From contig OZ240215.1 of the NCBI GenBank assembly GCA_965197585.1, positions 1,312,001 to 1,376,000 on the forward strand: a stretch of DNA of 64,000 nucleotides, read 5' to 3'. The first letter of the stretch is position 1, and each line of letters starts with the position of its first letter. Under the pieces are notes generated by a model. That model was not told the origin of the DNA and did not search any database. It was given only the letters and a program-made list of their open reading frames with translations. The translations under genes were made by a program, and so were the position numbers. Positions 9,537 through 20,341 of the stretch are shown in pieces. The stretch comes from Dehalococcoidia bacterium. Its GTDB lineage: Bacteria; Chloroflexota; Dehalococcoidia; Plut-88900.

Positions 9537-10070
9537 TCAGCTGACGGTCTGAGGCTGCACTACCCTGGCCCCGAGCACTTGCTCTATGTGGTCAAGAGCA
9601 AACCGATGCACTTCTTCAGAATAGCTGGCCACGGCATCCGCGGGCACCTCGACTTGGTAGTCTCGATTTCGGGCATCGGCCACCGTGTGCATCACGCAAA
9701 CGTTGGTGCAGACTCCACACACGATGATCTTCTCGGGGTCCAGCTCTCGCAGTCTTTGATCGAGGTCGGTGTTAAAGAAGCCGCTGTACCGCTGCTTGGG
9801 TATAACGTCCCCATCAAATTCAACCAGTTCGGGGATTATCTCCGTCTCCGAGGTTCCCCGGACGCAGTGTTCGGGAAACATCTCGAATTCCAGGTCGTCA
9901 GGCTCGTGATTGTCGCAGAGGAAGATTATCTTGCTTCCCAGCCGAGACTCGCGCTCTATCAGGTCCCGCACTACAGGGACGATACGCCTCGCCGACTCCC
10001 CCGTGTAAAGGTTGCCGCCCTCTTCGCAGAAACCCCGCACCATGTCTACTACTAGTACCGCGTTCGGCAT
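9537..10070 (-). CDS. pncA: Nicotinamidase / isochorismatase-family cysteine hydrolase
   Basis: VVDM..GF, FPEHCVRGT, KQRYSGF, GVCTNVCV; directly upstream of pncB. Confidence 0.85.
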   Translation of the reverse strand: MPNAVLVVDMVRGFCEEGGNLYTGESARRIVPVVRDLIERESRLGSKIIFLCDNHEPDDLEFEMFPEHCVRGTSETEIIPELVEFDGDVIPKQRYSGFFNTDLDQRLRELDPEKIIVCGVCTNVCVMHTVADARNRDYQVEVPADAVASYSEEVHRFALDHIEQVLGARVVQPQTVS

Positions 10071-10137
10071 AACACACCTCCTTGCTAGACTGCAGTCTAT
10101 CCTCCTGTCAGGATGTTACCGCCGCCGAGGGATGGAT

Positions 10138-10923
10138 TCAAGGACGGGACTTGCTGACCCGGTTGCGAGGCTTGGGGATCCCACCCAAACGGAGCCTGAG
10201 CAGTCCCTGGAAATCCGCCCAGGCCGTGGAGAACACTCTGACTCGCGTGTCGGGATCGTCCACCCAATGCACGGGGACTTCCTTGACCCGGTACCCGTTC
10301 TTTTCGGCAAGAATCAGAAGTTCTGAGTCGAAGAACCACGCCTTGTCCCTGATCAAGGGAACAAGCTCGTTGGATGCGTTTTGGCTTATCGCTTTGAAAC
10401 CGCACTGGGCATCCGAAAAGCGGGTCCGGAACATGCACTTGATCAGCCAGTTGTAAGAGCGGGAAATGAACTCCCGCTTCAGGCTCCTCTTCTCCACCCT
10501 TGACCCTTTGGCCAACCGGGTCCCGATGGCCACGTCAAACCCATCCTCTATGGACCCTATAAGCGCCGGCAGCGCATCCAACCGCGTTGAAAGGTCGACG
10601 TCCATGTAACACATCACGTCCGCCTTGCTATCCGTCCACGCCTTGAACAGTGCCCGCCCCCGACCCTTCTGCTTGAGGTGCAGCAGCGACACCCGGCTAT
10701 CTTCGCTGGACAGCTTCTCGGCCACATTCCGGGTGGAGTCGATAGACCCATTGTCTGCCACTACAATCCGCCATTCGCTGTTCGCCAATTCCTTCCTAGC
10801 AAACTGGGAAAGAGTAGCGATGCACTGGGGCAGCGCTGCCTCCTCGTTATAGACCGGAATGATTATGTCAATGCTTCTCAAAGGGCCTTCTCCCGATTCA
10901 GAAAGGGTGATTTCTCCTTGCAC
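10138..10923 (-). CDS. GT2 glycosyltransferase (dolichyl-phosphate glucosyltransferase-like)
   Basis: IIPVYNEE, DNGSIDST, GRGRAL, YMDVDLST, DAQCGFKA, WFFDSELL. Confidence 0.9.
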   Translation of the reverse strand: MQGEITLSESGEGPLRSIDIIIPVYNEEAALPQCIATLSQFARKELANSEWRIVVADNGSIDSTRNVAEKLSSEDSRVSLLHLKQKGRGRALFKAWTDSKADVMCYMDVDLSTRLDALPALIGSIEDGFDVAIGTRLAKGSRVEKRSLKREFISRSYNWLIKCMFRTRFSDAQCGFKAISQNASNELVPLIRDKAWFFDSELLILAEKNGYRVKEVPVHWVDDPDTRVRVFSTAWADFQGLLRLRLGGIPKPRNRVSKSRP

Positions 10924-10925
10924 GC

Positions 10926-12449
10926 CTAGTGCTTGAAGTGCCGTACTCCCGTGAACACCATGGCCATGCCTAGTTCGTCCGCCGCATCAATGACCTCCTG
11001 GTCCTTCACCGAGCCCCCCGGCTGCACCGCCGCCACCACCCCACCCCCCGCAGCCAGTTGTACGTTGTCCGCAAAGGGGAAGAACGCGTCGGAGGCCAAC
11101 ACCGAACCTCTCGCTCTATCTTCTGCTGCTCTAAGGGCCAGCTGCACACTGTTCACCCGGTTCGGCTGCCCCGCCCCCATCCCGACCAACGCCTTACCTT
11201 TGACAAGCACAATTGCGTTGGACCTTACGTGTTTTGCAGTCTTCCAGGCGAAAGCCAGGTCTTCCATCTCTTCAGGCGTCGGGCTGCGCTTGGTAACACA
11301 TCGCCAGGTTGACGGATCATCCCCACCCAAGTCCCGGGTCTGCACCAAATACCCTCCCTGAACTGTCTTCACATCCAAACCTGAACCGTCACTTCTCCCA
11401 GTACCCATCTCCAGTATTCGGAGGTTCTTTCTCCTTTTGAGAAGAGCCAAGGCTTCCTCTTCGAACGAAGGAGCAATGACGATCTCGTAGAAGACTTTCG
11501 AGATCTCTTCTGCTGTCGCCAGGTTGACCTTTCGGTTGCACGCAACTATCCCCCCGAACGCCGACACCGGGTCACCTGCCAAGGCCTTCTCGTACGCCTC
11601 GGTAAGGTCTTTATGGCCGGCGAGGCCGCACGGATTCATGTGCTTGATGATCGCTACCGCAGGTCCCTCGAAATCCGACGCCGCACTCCACGCCGCATCC
11701 GCATCAGCGATGTTGTTGAAGGAAAGCTCTTTTCCCCAAAGTTGGTTCGCCCCCGCAATCCCCTCACCCCTAGACATCGACCCCGCATAAAACGCACCCT
11801 GCTGGTGTGGGTTCTCGCCGTAGCGCAGCCCTTGTGCCCTGGTCATGCCTATGGTCAGTTCATCGGGGAATGGGTCGATCCCGTCCGACAGATAGTCGGC
11901 GATGGCCGTGTCATATAGTGCAACGTGCCTGAACGCCTTCCGCGCCAGGTCCTTTCTGAGCTCGTGATCTATGGCCCCATCAGCCAGCCTTTGAGCTACC
12001 GTGTCGTAGTCATTAGGATCGACCACCACCAGCACATGTGGGAAGTTCTTCGCCGAGGCACGCACTAGCGTCGGCCCCCCAATGTCGATGTTCTCTAAAG
12101 CCTCCGTCAGGTCCACACCATCCCGATTAACAGTTTCCACAAACGGGTACAGGTTTACGACCACCATGTCTATCAGCCCGATTCCGTGCGACTCTAGTTG
12201 GCTCATGTGGTCCGGCACGTCTCGCCGAGCCAGTATCCCGCCGTGGACCGCCGGGTGCAGCGTCTTGACCCGACCGTCCAGGATTTCGGGGAAGCCCGTC
12301 AACTCGGAAATGCTTTTCACCGGGGCCCCGGCCTCGACGATGGCCTTCTTGGTGCCCCCCGTTGAGTAGATGTCGACACCCTGCGCAGCCAACGCCAGGG
12401 CGAAAGGCCCTAGTCCCGTCTTGTCCGATACGCTGATTACCGCTCTCAT
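10926..12449 (-). CDS. purH: Bifunctional AICAR transformylase/IMP cyclohydrolase
   Basis: RAVISVSDKTG, GRVKTLHP, IDIGGPT, LRYGENPHQ, KHMNPCG, ASDAFFPF, RHFKH. Confidence 0.97.
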   Translation of the reverse strand: MRAVISVSDKTGLGPFALALAAQGVDIYSTGGTKKAIVEAGAPVKSISELTGFPEILDGRVKTLHPAVHGGILARRDVPDHMSQLESHGIGLIDMVVVNLYPFVETVNRDGVDLTEALENIDIGGPTLVRASAKNFPHVLVVVDPNDYDTVAQRLADGAIDHELRKDLARKAFRHVALYDTAIADYLSDGIDPFPDELTIGMTRAQGLRYGENPHQQGAFYAGSMSRGEGIAGANQLWGKELSFNNIADADAAWSAASDFEGPAVAIIKHMNPCGLAGHKDLTEAYEKALAGDPVSAFGGIVACNRKVNLATAEEISKVFYEIVIAPSFEEEALALLKRRKNLRILEMGTGRSDGSGLDVKTVQGGYLVQTRDLGGDDPSTWRCVTKRSPTPEEMEDLAFAWKTAKHVRSNAIVLVKGKALVGMGAGQPNRVNSVQLALRAAEDRARGSVLASDAFFPFADNVQLAAGGGVVAAVQPGGSVKDQEVIDAADELGMAMVFTGVRHFKH

Positions 12450-12451
12450 AT

Positions 12452-13471
12452 TCACGATATGCTTACCCGTTCCGACCCGTCTCCCCTCACCACCTCCCCA
12501 ATCTCCACCGAACCCGTAATCTCCTGCAGCAGAATGGAAGCGTCCTCTTTCGAAGCCATTACCGTCAACCCGATTCCCATGTTGAAAACGTCGTACATCT
12601 CGTCATCGGAGACTTGACTAGCATTCTGTATCAGCCTGAAGATCGGGGGCACCGACCATGTAGATGCGTCAATCTGTGCCGCAAGTCCCTTGGGCAAGGC
12701 CCTAGGCACGTTCTCCCGAAACCCGCCACCCGTTACGTGCGCCATCCCTTTGATTCTGTCCAGCAGCCCCCCCACTACCCCGAGATAGCACCGGTGAGGC
12801 TCCAGAAGCTCCTCACCCAGCGTACGCTCCAGCTCTGGATAGAATCGCTCCAACTCCGATGGGTCGTCGTCCAACCCGAAGGCCTTCCTAACTAGCGAAA
12901 ATCCGTTGGTGTGCAGCCCCGAGGAAGGAATCCCGATAATAGCGTCCCCTTCATTGATCGCCGAGCCGTCTATTATCTCGTCCTTCTCCACCATACCTAC
13001 TATGAACCCGGCCAGGTCGAACTCCTTGCCGACGTAGACCCCCGGCATCTCCGCCGTCTCCCCACCGATCAAAACGACGCCAGCCTCCCGGCAAGCCCGG
13101 GCCAGTCCTTCGACCAGGGAATCGGCCGCATCGGCATCCAATTTGCCCATCGCAATGTAGTCCAGGAAGAAGAGAGGTTTCGCTCCGCCGACCAGGATGT
13201 CGTTAATACAGTGGTTGACCAGGTCCTGGCCCACCGTGTCGTATCGCCCGAGCATCGCTGCGATTCGAACCTTCGTCCCGACCCCGTCGGCGCTGGATAC
13301 CAGCACCGGGTCCCGGTATTTCTCCAGGTGGTAAAGCCCGCCGAAGAATCCGATGTCTCCCAACACGCGTGAGTTGAAGGTAGTCCTGGCGTGTTTGGAA
13401 ATCCGCTCCGTGGCCCGGGACGCAGTCGTTAGGTCGACCCCTGCAGCCTGGTATTTGCTGTCGATAGTCAT
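12452..13471 (-). CDS. purM: Phosphoribosylformylglycinamidine cyclo-ligase
   Basis: YQAAGVD, DGVGTK, PLFFLDYIA, GGETAEMPG, SSGLHTNGFSL, HVTGGG, VFNMGIG. Confidence 0.97.
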   Translation of the reverse strand: MTIDSKYQAAGVDLTTASRATERISKHARTTFNSRVLGDIGFFGGLYHLEKYRDPVLVSSADGVGTKVRIAAMLGRYDTVGQDLVNHCINDILVGGAKPLFFLDYIAMGKLDADAADSLVEGLARACREAGVVLIGGETAEMPGVYVGKEFDLAGFIVGMVEKDEIIDGSAINEGDAIIGIPSSGLHTNGFSLVRKAFGLDDDPSELERFYPELERTLGEELLEPHRCYLGVVGGLLDRIKGMAHVTGGGFRENVPRALPKGLAAQIDASTWSVPPIFRLIQNASQVSDDEMYDVFNMGIGLTVMASKEDASILLQEITGSVEIGEVVRGDGSERVSIS

Positions 13472-13572
13472 GGATAGGTCTCTGGCTTAGGCCGCGGGTA
13501 TGTCTCTGTAGTGGCGTACTGGAACAAGGACGCACCCTGGCGGATGCGTATCCGCAAGGTTCCGACGCTGGC

Positions 13573-14973
13573 TTATGGGCGGGTCTCCATCGCGAGCTTG
13601 TCCATCTCCAGCTGCACCGGTATGGGGTACTTTCCCGTGAAACAGGCTGTGCATACTTCGTTGTTGGGAAGACTCACCGCCTCCACCAGGCCCTTGATGC
13701 TCAGGAAGCCCAGGGTGTCCGCTCCAATCAGCTGTCGGATTTCTTCAACAGAATTGTGCGCCGCCAGAAGCTCCCCGCGCGTCGCAAGATCGACTCCGAA
13801 GAAGCACGGGTGTTGGATAGGCGGGGCACATATCCTCATGTGCACTTCTTTAGCGCCATTCTTCTTCAGTAAGTTCACCACGTGGGGTGTAGTGGTTCCC
13901 CGGACTATGCTGTCGTCCACCACTATTATCCTCTGCCCTTCCAGCACCTCCGGCATCGCATTGAATTTGAGCCGTACCCCCAGCTCCCGTATCCGCTGGT
14001 CCGGTTGGATGAACGTCCTGCCGACATACCGATTCTTAAGGAGCGCCTCTCCAAACGGGATCCCCGACTCCTTGGCGTATCCCATTCCCGCCGCCACCGC
14101 CGAATCAGGCACCCCGACCACCATATCCGCATCCACCGGGTACTCCTTGGCCAGCTGTGCACCCATCCTCTGCCTTGCAGAATGCAGCAGCTTCCCTCCC
14201 ACTATGCTGTCGGGACGAGCGAAATAGATGTGCTCGAAGATGCAGAGAGAGTGCGAGTCCCGTTCCACAAGCTGGTGAGACGTTACACCCGTCTCATCAA
14301 TGATAACTGCCTCCCCCGGCTCGATCTCCCGGATCACATCCGACCCAATGTGGTCCAGCGCCGCACTCTCCGAGGCGATAACCCAGCCCCCATTCAGCTT
14401 GCCCAGCGACAGGGGCCGCACGCCCATCGGGTCCCGTATGCCTATCAGCTTGTCCTTGGTCATCAAGACCAAGCTGTAGGCGCCCTGGAAACGGTTCATG
14501 CAGTAGCGGATGCGCTCGGGCCAAGTTGCTCCGGGGGCCTGGCCCATCCAATGAGCCATCACCTCGGTGTCGGAGCTTCCCTTGAACTCCACACCCCGCT
14601 CTTCCAACTCTATCCTGAGCTCCTGGGCGTTGATAACGTTCCCGTTGTGCCCCATCGCTACTTCGCCCCAGGGACCGTTCACCAGCATGGGTTGGGCGTT
14701 GTCTATGCGGCTCGACCCCGAGGTCGAATACCGAGTGTGCCCGATGGCCAGGTGCCCGGTGAGTTTGCTCAGGGATTCTTCGTCGAAAGCCTGGGCCACG
14801 AGACCCATGCGTGTGTGCACGGATATCCTGCCCCCATCAGACGCTGCAATGCCCGCGCTCTCCTGGCCTCTGTGCTGTAGCGCGAACAACCCGAAAAAGC
14901 TTAGTCGGGATACATCCTCTCCGGGAGCATAAATCCCGAAGAGCCCACACGCCTCTCTCGGCTTGTCATCCAT
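13573..14973 (-). CDS. purF: Amidophosphoribosyltransferase
   Basis: REACGLFG, LQHRGQESAGI, GHTRYST, CIFEHIYFARPDS, VVDDSIVRGTT, CTACFTGKYP; start moved to MDDKPREAC. Confidence 0.96.
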   Translation of the reverse strand: MDDKPREACGLFGIYAPGEDVSRLSFFGLFALQHRGQESAGIAASDGGRISVHTRMGLVAQAFDEESLSKLTGHLAIGHTRYSTSGSSRIDNAQPMLVNGPWGEVAMGHNGNVINAQELRIELEERGVEFKGSSDTEVMAHWMGQAPGATWPERIRYCMNRFQGAYSLVLMTKDKLIGIRDPMGVRPLSLGKLNGGWVIASESAALDHIGSDVIREIEPGEAVIIDETGVTSHQLVERDSHSLCIFEHIYFARPDSIVGGKLLHSARQRMGAQLAKEYPVDADMVVGVPDSAVAAGMGYAKESGIPFGEALLKNRYVGRTFIQPDQRIRELGVRLKFNAMPEVLEGQRIIVVDDSIVRGTTTPHVVNLLKKNGAKEVHMRICAPPIQHPCFFGVDLATRGELLAAHNSVEEIRQLIGADTLGFLSIKGLVEAVSLPNNEVCTACFTGKYPIPVQLEMDKLAMETRP

Positions 14974-15118
14974 CTGAACGCATCGCCGGCCTGCGGTCAT
15001 GAAGGTGATAGATAGGGCATCTCCCGCGAACGTAACCGTACCGGTCGGGACCCGTCCTCGGATTATAGCCCCCACCCCCCACCCGGTCAACGACACCAAC
15101 CCATTTATCCTCTCTCCT

Positions 15119-15146
15119 GTAGGGGCGATTCGCGAATCGCCCTCCC
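15119..15146. repeat. REP-like palindrome GTAGGGGCGATTCGCGAATCGCCC
   Basis: GTAG-headed imperfect palindrome; a related inverted copy lies at about 35676-35701. Confidence 0.65.
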
Positions 15147-15406
15147 CACCCCATGCACCCCCACCCCCGCTCGACACTTCGACTCTACTCAGGGTCGACC
15201 CAAATCACACATCGGCTAACCGGCAACTCCCCCCACCCCCCAAGTGTGACATCAGCCCCTTGCGCCACCCTTCCCCCGTAGCCTTGGCCCATGGCCCCCA
15301 CATCACTTCCCCCAGCAATCCTTCGCATCCTCCTATATAAGACCTTTGCGTAACTGTCATCCCGAGGCCCCGCGAGGGATCTGGGGTGGGGCCTCCCACC
15401 TGCAAA

Positions 15407-15451
15407 TGTGACATCACCCCCTCGACTCAATGAAAACACATGTGCTATCTT
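15407..15451 (+). promoter_or_regulatory. Putative promoter TGTGA-N6-CCCC-TCGACT-N18-TATCTT with degenerate LexA-like box
   Basis: Same register as the promoters at 29642-29686 (-) and 37029-37073 (+). Confidence 0.55.
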
Positions 15452-15746
15452 GACCTGAATGACGCAACACCCGGAAAAGATCACCCGACAAACAATGAAG
15501 CACCAGACCTCACATTTGACTTGCCTCAGGCACAAAGACCCGCCGGCCCAAAACAAATTTCTTAGCAAACAATCAAAAATCGTGCCTGAGCCCGTACAAC
15601 AATCAAATTCGTTCCCCGGCCACAGCCCAACCCTCCCCTTGCACCACTCCTACCCTTCCCCACCCATCCCCCCAGGTGCTATCATTTTCCCGTAGCCCCG
15701 ACCCCTCTGTGACAAGCCTTTTACCCGTCCCCGACTGCTTATTTTG

Positions 15747-16808
15747 ATGGACTACGCTCAAGTCCGCGCCTATCTCGAAGAACGCGAGGAATCCCTCTCG
15801 CCTTTTGCCGTCAAGTCCCGGCTCTCCCGCGGCCGCAAGGTCGAAGAAGAACCCAGCCCCCTGCGCACCGACTTCCAGCGCGACCGCGACCGCATCATTC
15901 ACACCAAGTCCTTCCGTCGGCTTAAGCACAAGACCCAGGTCTTCATCTCCCCCCTCGGCGACCACTATGTCACCCGCCTCACCCACACGCTGGAGGTCTC
16001 CCAGATAGGCCGCACCATAGCCCGAGCGCTTAACCTCAACGAAGACCTCGTGGAGGCCATGTGTCTTGGCCACGACCTCGGCCACGCACCCTTCGGCCAC
16101 ATCGGCGAAGATGTGCTCGCATCCCTCTACCCCGGCGGCTTCCGGCACAGCCATCAGAGCCTCCGCGTCGTGGATAGGCTGGAAGGCAACGGCAAGGGCC
16201 TCAACCTCACCTGGGAGGTGCGTCAGGGCATCGTTTCACACTCCAAGTCGAGCCTCGGAATCATGGGCGAAGGCTGGAAGAACCCTCCGACCCTTGAGGC
16301 CCAAGTCTGCAAGATCTCCGACGCCCTCGCCTACCTCAACCACGACACCGACGACGCCATCCGCTCCGGCCTGATCACCGAGCCAGACCTCCCCCCCGGC
16401 GCCGTAGCCGTCCTCGGCTCCAAGTCTTCTCAGCGCGTCAACACCCTCGTATCTGACGTTGTCGAACACTCCTGGGCAGCCTCCGGCCGGGTCCCCCTCC
16501 CCGATGGCGAGACACCCTCAATTAAGATCGGCGACCGGGTCAAAGAGGCGTCTAACCTGCTCCGGGACTTCCTTTTCGAAAGGGTCTACATGGTCAGTGG
16601 CGCCAGCCCCGAGGCAACCGAGGCCCGCGCCGCCGTCAAAGCCTTGTATAATCATTATGTCGAGAATCATGAGGACATTCCCCTTGAATATCGCCTCCCG
16701 GAAGACTCCACTGAGAGGTGGGCCTTGGACTACATCGCCGGCATGACCGACCGCTACGGACTCAGGAAAGCCCGAGAACTCGGCCTCGTCCCCCAGCCCG
16801 TCGGATAG
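15747..16808 (+). CDS. dgt: Deoxyguanosinetriphosphate triphosphohydrolase (HD domain)
   Basis: RTDFQRDRDRIIH..FRRLKHKTQVF, TRLTHTLEV, GHDLGHAPFGH, DYIAGMTD. Confidence 0.93.
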   Translation: MDYAQVRAYLEEREESLSPFAVKSRLSRGRKVEEEPSPLRTDFQRDRDRIIHTKSFRRLKHKTQVFISPLGDHYVTRLTHTLEVSQIGRTIARALNLNEDLVEAMCLGHDLGHAPFGHIGEDVLASLYPGGFRHSHQSLRVVDRLEGNGKGLNLTWEVRQGIVSHSKSSLGIMGEGWKNPPTLEAQVCKISDALAYLNHDTDDAIRSGLITEPDLPPGAVAVLGSKSSQRVNTLVSDVVEHSWAASGRVPLPDGETPSIKIGDRVKEASNLLRDFLFERVYMVSGASPEATEARAAVKALYNHYVENHEDIPLEYRLPEDSTERWALDYIAGMTDRYGLRKARELGLVPQPVG

Positions 16809-16828
16809 GAATTGAGGGAATCCGCAAC

Positions 16829-18643
16829 TTGAGCAGCGCATCCATAGAGGAAGTCAGAAGCAGGCTGGATATCGTCGACGTGGTATCCCAGTCCGTGCCC
16901 CTGAAGAAGGCCGGGCGCAACTTCAAGGCCCCGTGCCCCTTCCACAACGAAAAGACACCCTCCTTCGTCGTAAACCCGGAGCGTCAAACTTGGCACTGCT
17001 TTGGCGCCTGCGGCACCGGCGGAGACGCCTTCTCCTTTGTCATGAAGCGGGAAGGGTTGGAATTCGGTGAGGCCCTTCGCACCCTCGCCGAAAAGGTTGG
17101 CGTCACCCTGGAGACTCGCGACAAGAAGGCCGAAAGCAAGACCTCCCGGCTTCTGGAAGCCAATAAGGCCGCTTCCGCCTTCTTCCATCACCAGCTTCTA
17201 ACCGACCCCGCTGCCGCCGAGGCCCGCAAATACGTTCAACAGCGCGGCCTCTCCAGCGAAATAGTCACCGCCTTCCAGCTTGGCTACTGCCCTCCCGCCT
17301 CCGGTGCCCTCTTTAAGAACCTCTCCCAACACGGCTTCAGCCGAGATGAGTGCGCCGATGCAGGCCTCGGAACCCGTAACGAGGCCGGTGAGGTCCGCGA
17401 TATATTCCGCGGCCGTCTGATGTTCCCAATCCGTGACCCCCGTGGCCGGGTTATCGGGTTCGGCGGCAGGGCCATGTCCGACTCGGGGCCCAAGTACATC
17501 AACTCGCCCCAGACCCCCATATTCGACAAGAGCGGCACCCTCTACGGCGCAGACAGGGCCCGGGAGTCCGCCCGGCAGCTGAAGAGAGCCGTTGTAGTCG
17601 AGGGCTACATGGACGTCATCACCGCCCACCAGTTCGGCTTCGAAAACGTCGTCGCCTCCATGGGCACCTCTCTCACCGAGAAGCAGGTCGAGGTGCTGAA
17701 ACGCCTCTGCAGCCGTATATCCCTCGCCCTTGACGCCGACACCGCAGGCCAGGAGGCTACCCTTCGCAGCCTGAAGTCTTCCTGGCAGTCCTTCTACCGC
17801 AGTGTTCACCCCCTCCAGGGCAGCAGGCGGCAGCGTTTCCTAGAAGGCCCGCCCGACCAGACCGTCGATATCGTCATGATGCCTGCGGGCGAAGACCCGG
17901 ACAGCATCATCCGCAAAGACCGAGACGGCTGGGTTTCCCTTCTCGACTCACCCAAACCCCTGATCGACTATCTCATGGAGATGGAAGTAGGCAAGGCTAA
18001 CCTCGATGCACCCGGGGCACGCTCCTCCATCATCGAGGAGTTCCGATCCCTTCTCGTCACCACCGACTTCCTCGACCAGGAGGGCTACGTCCACAAGCTG
18101 GCTGGGCTAATGGATGTCAGTGAGGCAACCGTCAAGGCCGCCATCAACGCCCCTGCTAACAACAGCGTGCGCCAGCCCCGTGCCCCGACCCCCCGGTCCC
18201 GCACCCGTCCACAGCCCACCCCTACCCCCCGTCGTGGCGACATGCTGGAAGAATATGTTCTGTCCATTCTGCTCCGGAACCCCTCTCTCATTTCGAAGAT
18301 GGAAGACGCCGACCCCGAATGGTTCCTAGACCTTGCTAACCGGGAGATTTTCAAGCGGTTGGCTTCGGGACATCGATTCGAAGACCTGGCCGACTCGGAC
18401 CCCGATGAGTTCGCCGAGCCCCTGGCCCGGATTATGAATACTCACGTTCCCGCAGATTCGGATGAGTTGCTGACCAGGGGACTGAAGGAGGGGAGCACCC
18501 GGCTGGAGGTTCGCCATCTTAAGAGGTTGAAGCTCGAAGAGAAAAGTCTGCTTGAAGACCAGGACTCGTTGCAGGACATGGCTGATGCGATCGACCAGCG
18601 CAAGCTTAGTACGAACAAAGAGCTAAAGAGGGTGTATAGCTAG
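16829..18643 (+). CDS. dnaG: DNA primase
   Basis: CPFHNEKTPSF..CFGAC Zn finger, FRGRLMFPI, KYINSPQT, VEGYMDV, LDADTAG; TTG start; upstream of rpoD. Confidence 0.96.
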   Translation: MSSASIEEVRSRLDIVDVVSQSVPLKKAGRNFKAPCPFHNEKTPSFVVNPERQTWHCFGACGTGGDAFSFVMKREGLEFGEALRTLAEKVGVTLETRDKKAESKTSRLLEANKAASAFFHHQLLTDPAAAEARKYVQQRGLSSEIVTAFQLGYCPPASGALFKNLSQHGFSRDECADAGLGTRNEAGEVRDIFRGRLMFPIRDPRGRVIGFGGRAMSDSGPKYINSPQTPIFDKSGTLYGADRARESARQLKRAVVVEGYMDVITAHQFGFENVVASMGTSLTEKQVEVLKRLCSRISLALDADTAGQEATLRSLKSSWQSFYRSVHPLQGSRRQRFLEGPPDQTVDIVMMPAGEDPDSIIRKDRDGWVSLLDSPKPLIDYLMEMEVGKANLDAPGARSSIIEEFRSLLVTTDFLDQEGYVHKLAGLMDVSEATVKAAINAPANNSVRQPRAPTPRSRTRPQPTPTPRRGDMLEEYVLSILLRNPSLISKMEDADPEWFLDLANREIFKRLASGHRFEDLADSDPDEFAEPLARIMNTHVPADSDELLTRGLKEGSTRLEVRHLKRLKLEEKSLLEDQDSLQDMADAIDQRKLSTNKELKRVYS

Positions 18644-18691
18644 GGACAGCGCGCTAAGCGTGTATAATATATCCATGCACACGGATACAGC

Positions 18692-20221
18692 ATGAACCGA
18701 AATCTAAACCCCCACACCATAGCGGAAGAAGAGGACCGTGACTCCGATCAGGAGTCCCAGGTCAAGCCCGCTATCGAGCCCAGCCCTAATGGCGGCGAGA
18801 CCGACTACCGAAAGGTCATAGGCGCCGCCATCGCCAACAGAAGTGTCCTGGACCTCATCTCCCCCGACAGGCCACACCACTCCGAAGGCCCTACCAAGGT
18901 CGAGAAGGTCTTGGCTGCCGCCGAAGACACTATCGAACAGGAGATGGTGGATGATCCCGTTCGCATGTACCTGCGGGAGATCGGACGTGTCCGCCTCCTT
19001 AGCGCCCGGGACGAGCGCATCCTGGCCCGCAGGATGGAGGGTGGCAAGCTCATATCCACCATCGAAGATAGACTCACGGAGAGGCAGGGTGCCGAGCCCT
19101 CGCCCGCTGAGCTCGTGGCCTACATGCTGGAGCACCTCGGTTCCTGTGGCCCGACCATCGAGAAAATGGCCTACGACCTCGGCCTGACACCTCCCCTCAC
19201 CCTCGCTCAGCTCACTTCTCACCCCATCCTCCGAAACTCGATCAAGGCCGAGATAGACCCCGCCGTATCCACCCCCATTGGCGAAGCCGAGGGCAGGCCC
19301 CCCGAGGATGTCGTCCATGACCTACTCAACGCTTCCGTGGAAGCCCGCATACTCCCCGAGTCTGCCATCGACGCTGTGGGTATAGACACCCCCCTCGTCG
19401 AAATTGACAACTGCCTGCAATCACCGGAGACCGCTAACGCTCTGGCAGCATTGAATGGCCACCTGCGCCGGGACTTGGAAGTCCTGAAGGCAGAAGGCGG
19501 CAGGGCCCAGCGCCACCTCACCGAGGCCAACCTTCGCCTCGTCGTCAGCGTCGCCAAGAAGTACATAGGCCGCGGCATGTCCCTCCTGGACCTCATTCAG
19601 GAAGGGAACATCGGCCTAATCAGGGCAGTCGAGAAGTTCGACTATAGGAAGGGCTACAAGTTCAGCACCTATGCCACCTGGTGGATCCGGCAGGCCATAA
19701 CCAGGGCCATTGCCGACCAGGCCCGCACAATCCGCATCCCGGTCCACATGGTCGAGACCATTAACAAGCTCCTCAGGATGAGCCGACGCCTCGTGCAGGA
19801 ATATGGCCGGGAGCCGACGAGCGAAGAGATCAGCCAGAGTATGGAGATCACCCCCGAGAAAGTCCGGGACATCATCAAGATTTCCCAGGAACCCGTCTCC
19901 CTCGAGACCCCCGTCGGCGAAGAAGATGACAGCCACCTCGGCGACTTCATCGAGGACCGGTCCACTGTCGCCCCCGCAGACGCCGCTTCTCATCAGCTCC
20001 TCAAGGAGCAGGTTAACGAGGTCCTCGAGACCCTCAACGGCAGGGAGAAGAAAGTGCTCCAGCTTCGTTTCGGGCTGGAGGATGGTCGCAGCAGGACACT
20101 GGAAGAGGTGGGCCGGGAGTTCGGGGTTACCCGAGAGCGTATCCGCCAGATCGAGGCCAAAGCCCTCCGAAAGCTCCGCCACCCGACTCGCAGCAAGAAG
20201 CTGAGGGATTTCCTCGAATAG
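18692..20221 (+). CDS. rpoD: RNA polymerase primary sigma factor
   Basis: [68 protein letters not shown]. Confidence 0.98.
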   Translation: MNRNLNPHTIAEEEDRDSDQESQVKPAIEPSPNGGETDYRKVIGAAIANRSVLDLISPDRPHHSEGPTKVEKVLAAAEDTIEQEMVDDPVRMYLREIGRVRLLSARDERILARRMEGGKLISTIEDRLTERQGAEPSPAELVAYMLEHLGSCGPTIEKMAYDLGLTPPLTLAQLTSHPILRNSIKAEIDPAVSTPIGEAEGRPPEDVVHDLLNASVEARILPESAIDAVGIDTPLVEIDNCLQSPETANALAALNGHLRRDLEVLKAEGGRAQRHLTEANLRLVVSVAKKYIGRGMSLLDLIQEGNIGLIRAVEKFDYRKGYKFSTYATWWIRQAITRAIADQARTIRIPVHMVETINKLLRMSRRLVQEYGREPTSEEISQSMEITPEKVRDIIKISQEPVSLETPVGEEDDSHLGDFIEDRSTVAPADAASHQLLKEQVNEVLETLNGREKKVLQLRFGLEDGRSRTLEEVGREFGVTRERIRQIEAKALRKLRHPTRSKKLRDFLE

Positions 20222-20341
20222 AGTGCCCAACGCCTCGCGACTCCCCTTGCCGAATACCCGCGCCGCCCTCAACAGCACAGCACCCTCCTCCCTTTTTCAT
20301 CGCGCCCTGGGCTGTCCTAGACTGAGCCGGGTGACCCAACC

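Noticed and set aside
14974-15177. N-terminal extension of purF in the ORF track
   Set aside because: It runs through a REP palindrome and promoter DNA; PurF needs only a short propeptide before the catalytic Cys.
19030-19500. Large insertion in RpoD between regions 1.2 and 2
   Set aside because: This is the known variable non-conserved region of primary sigma factors.
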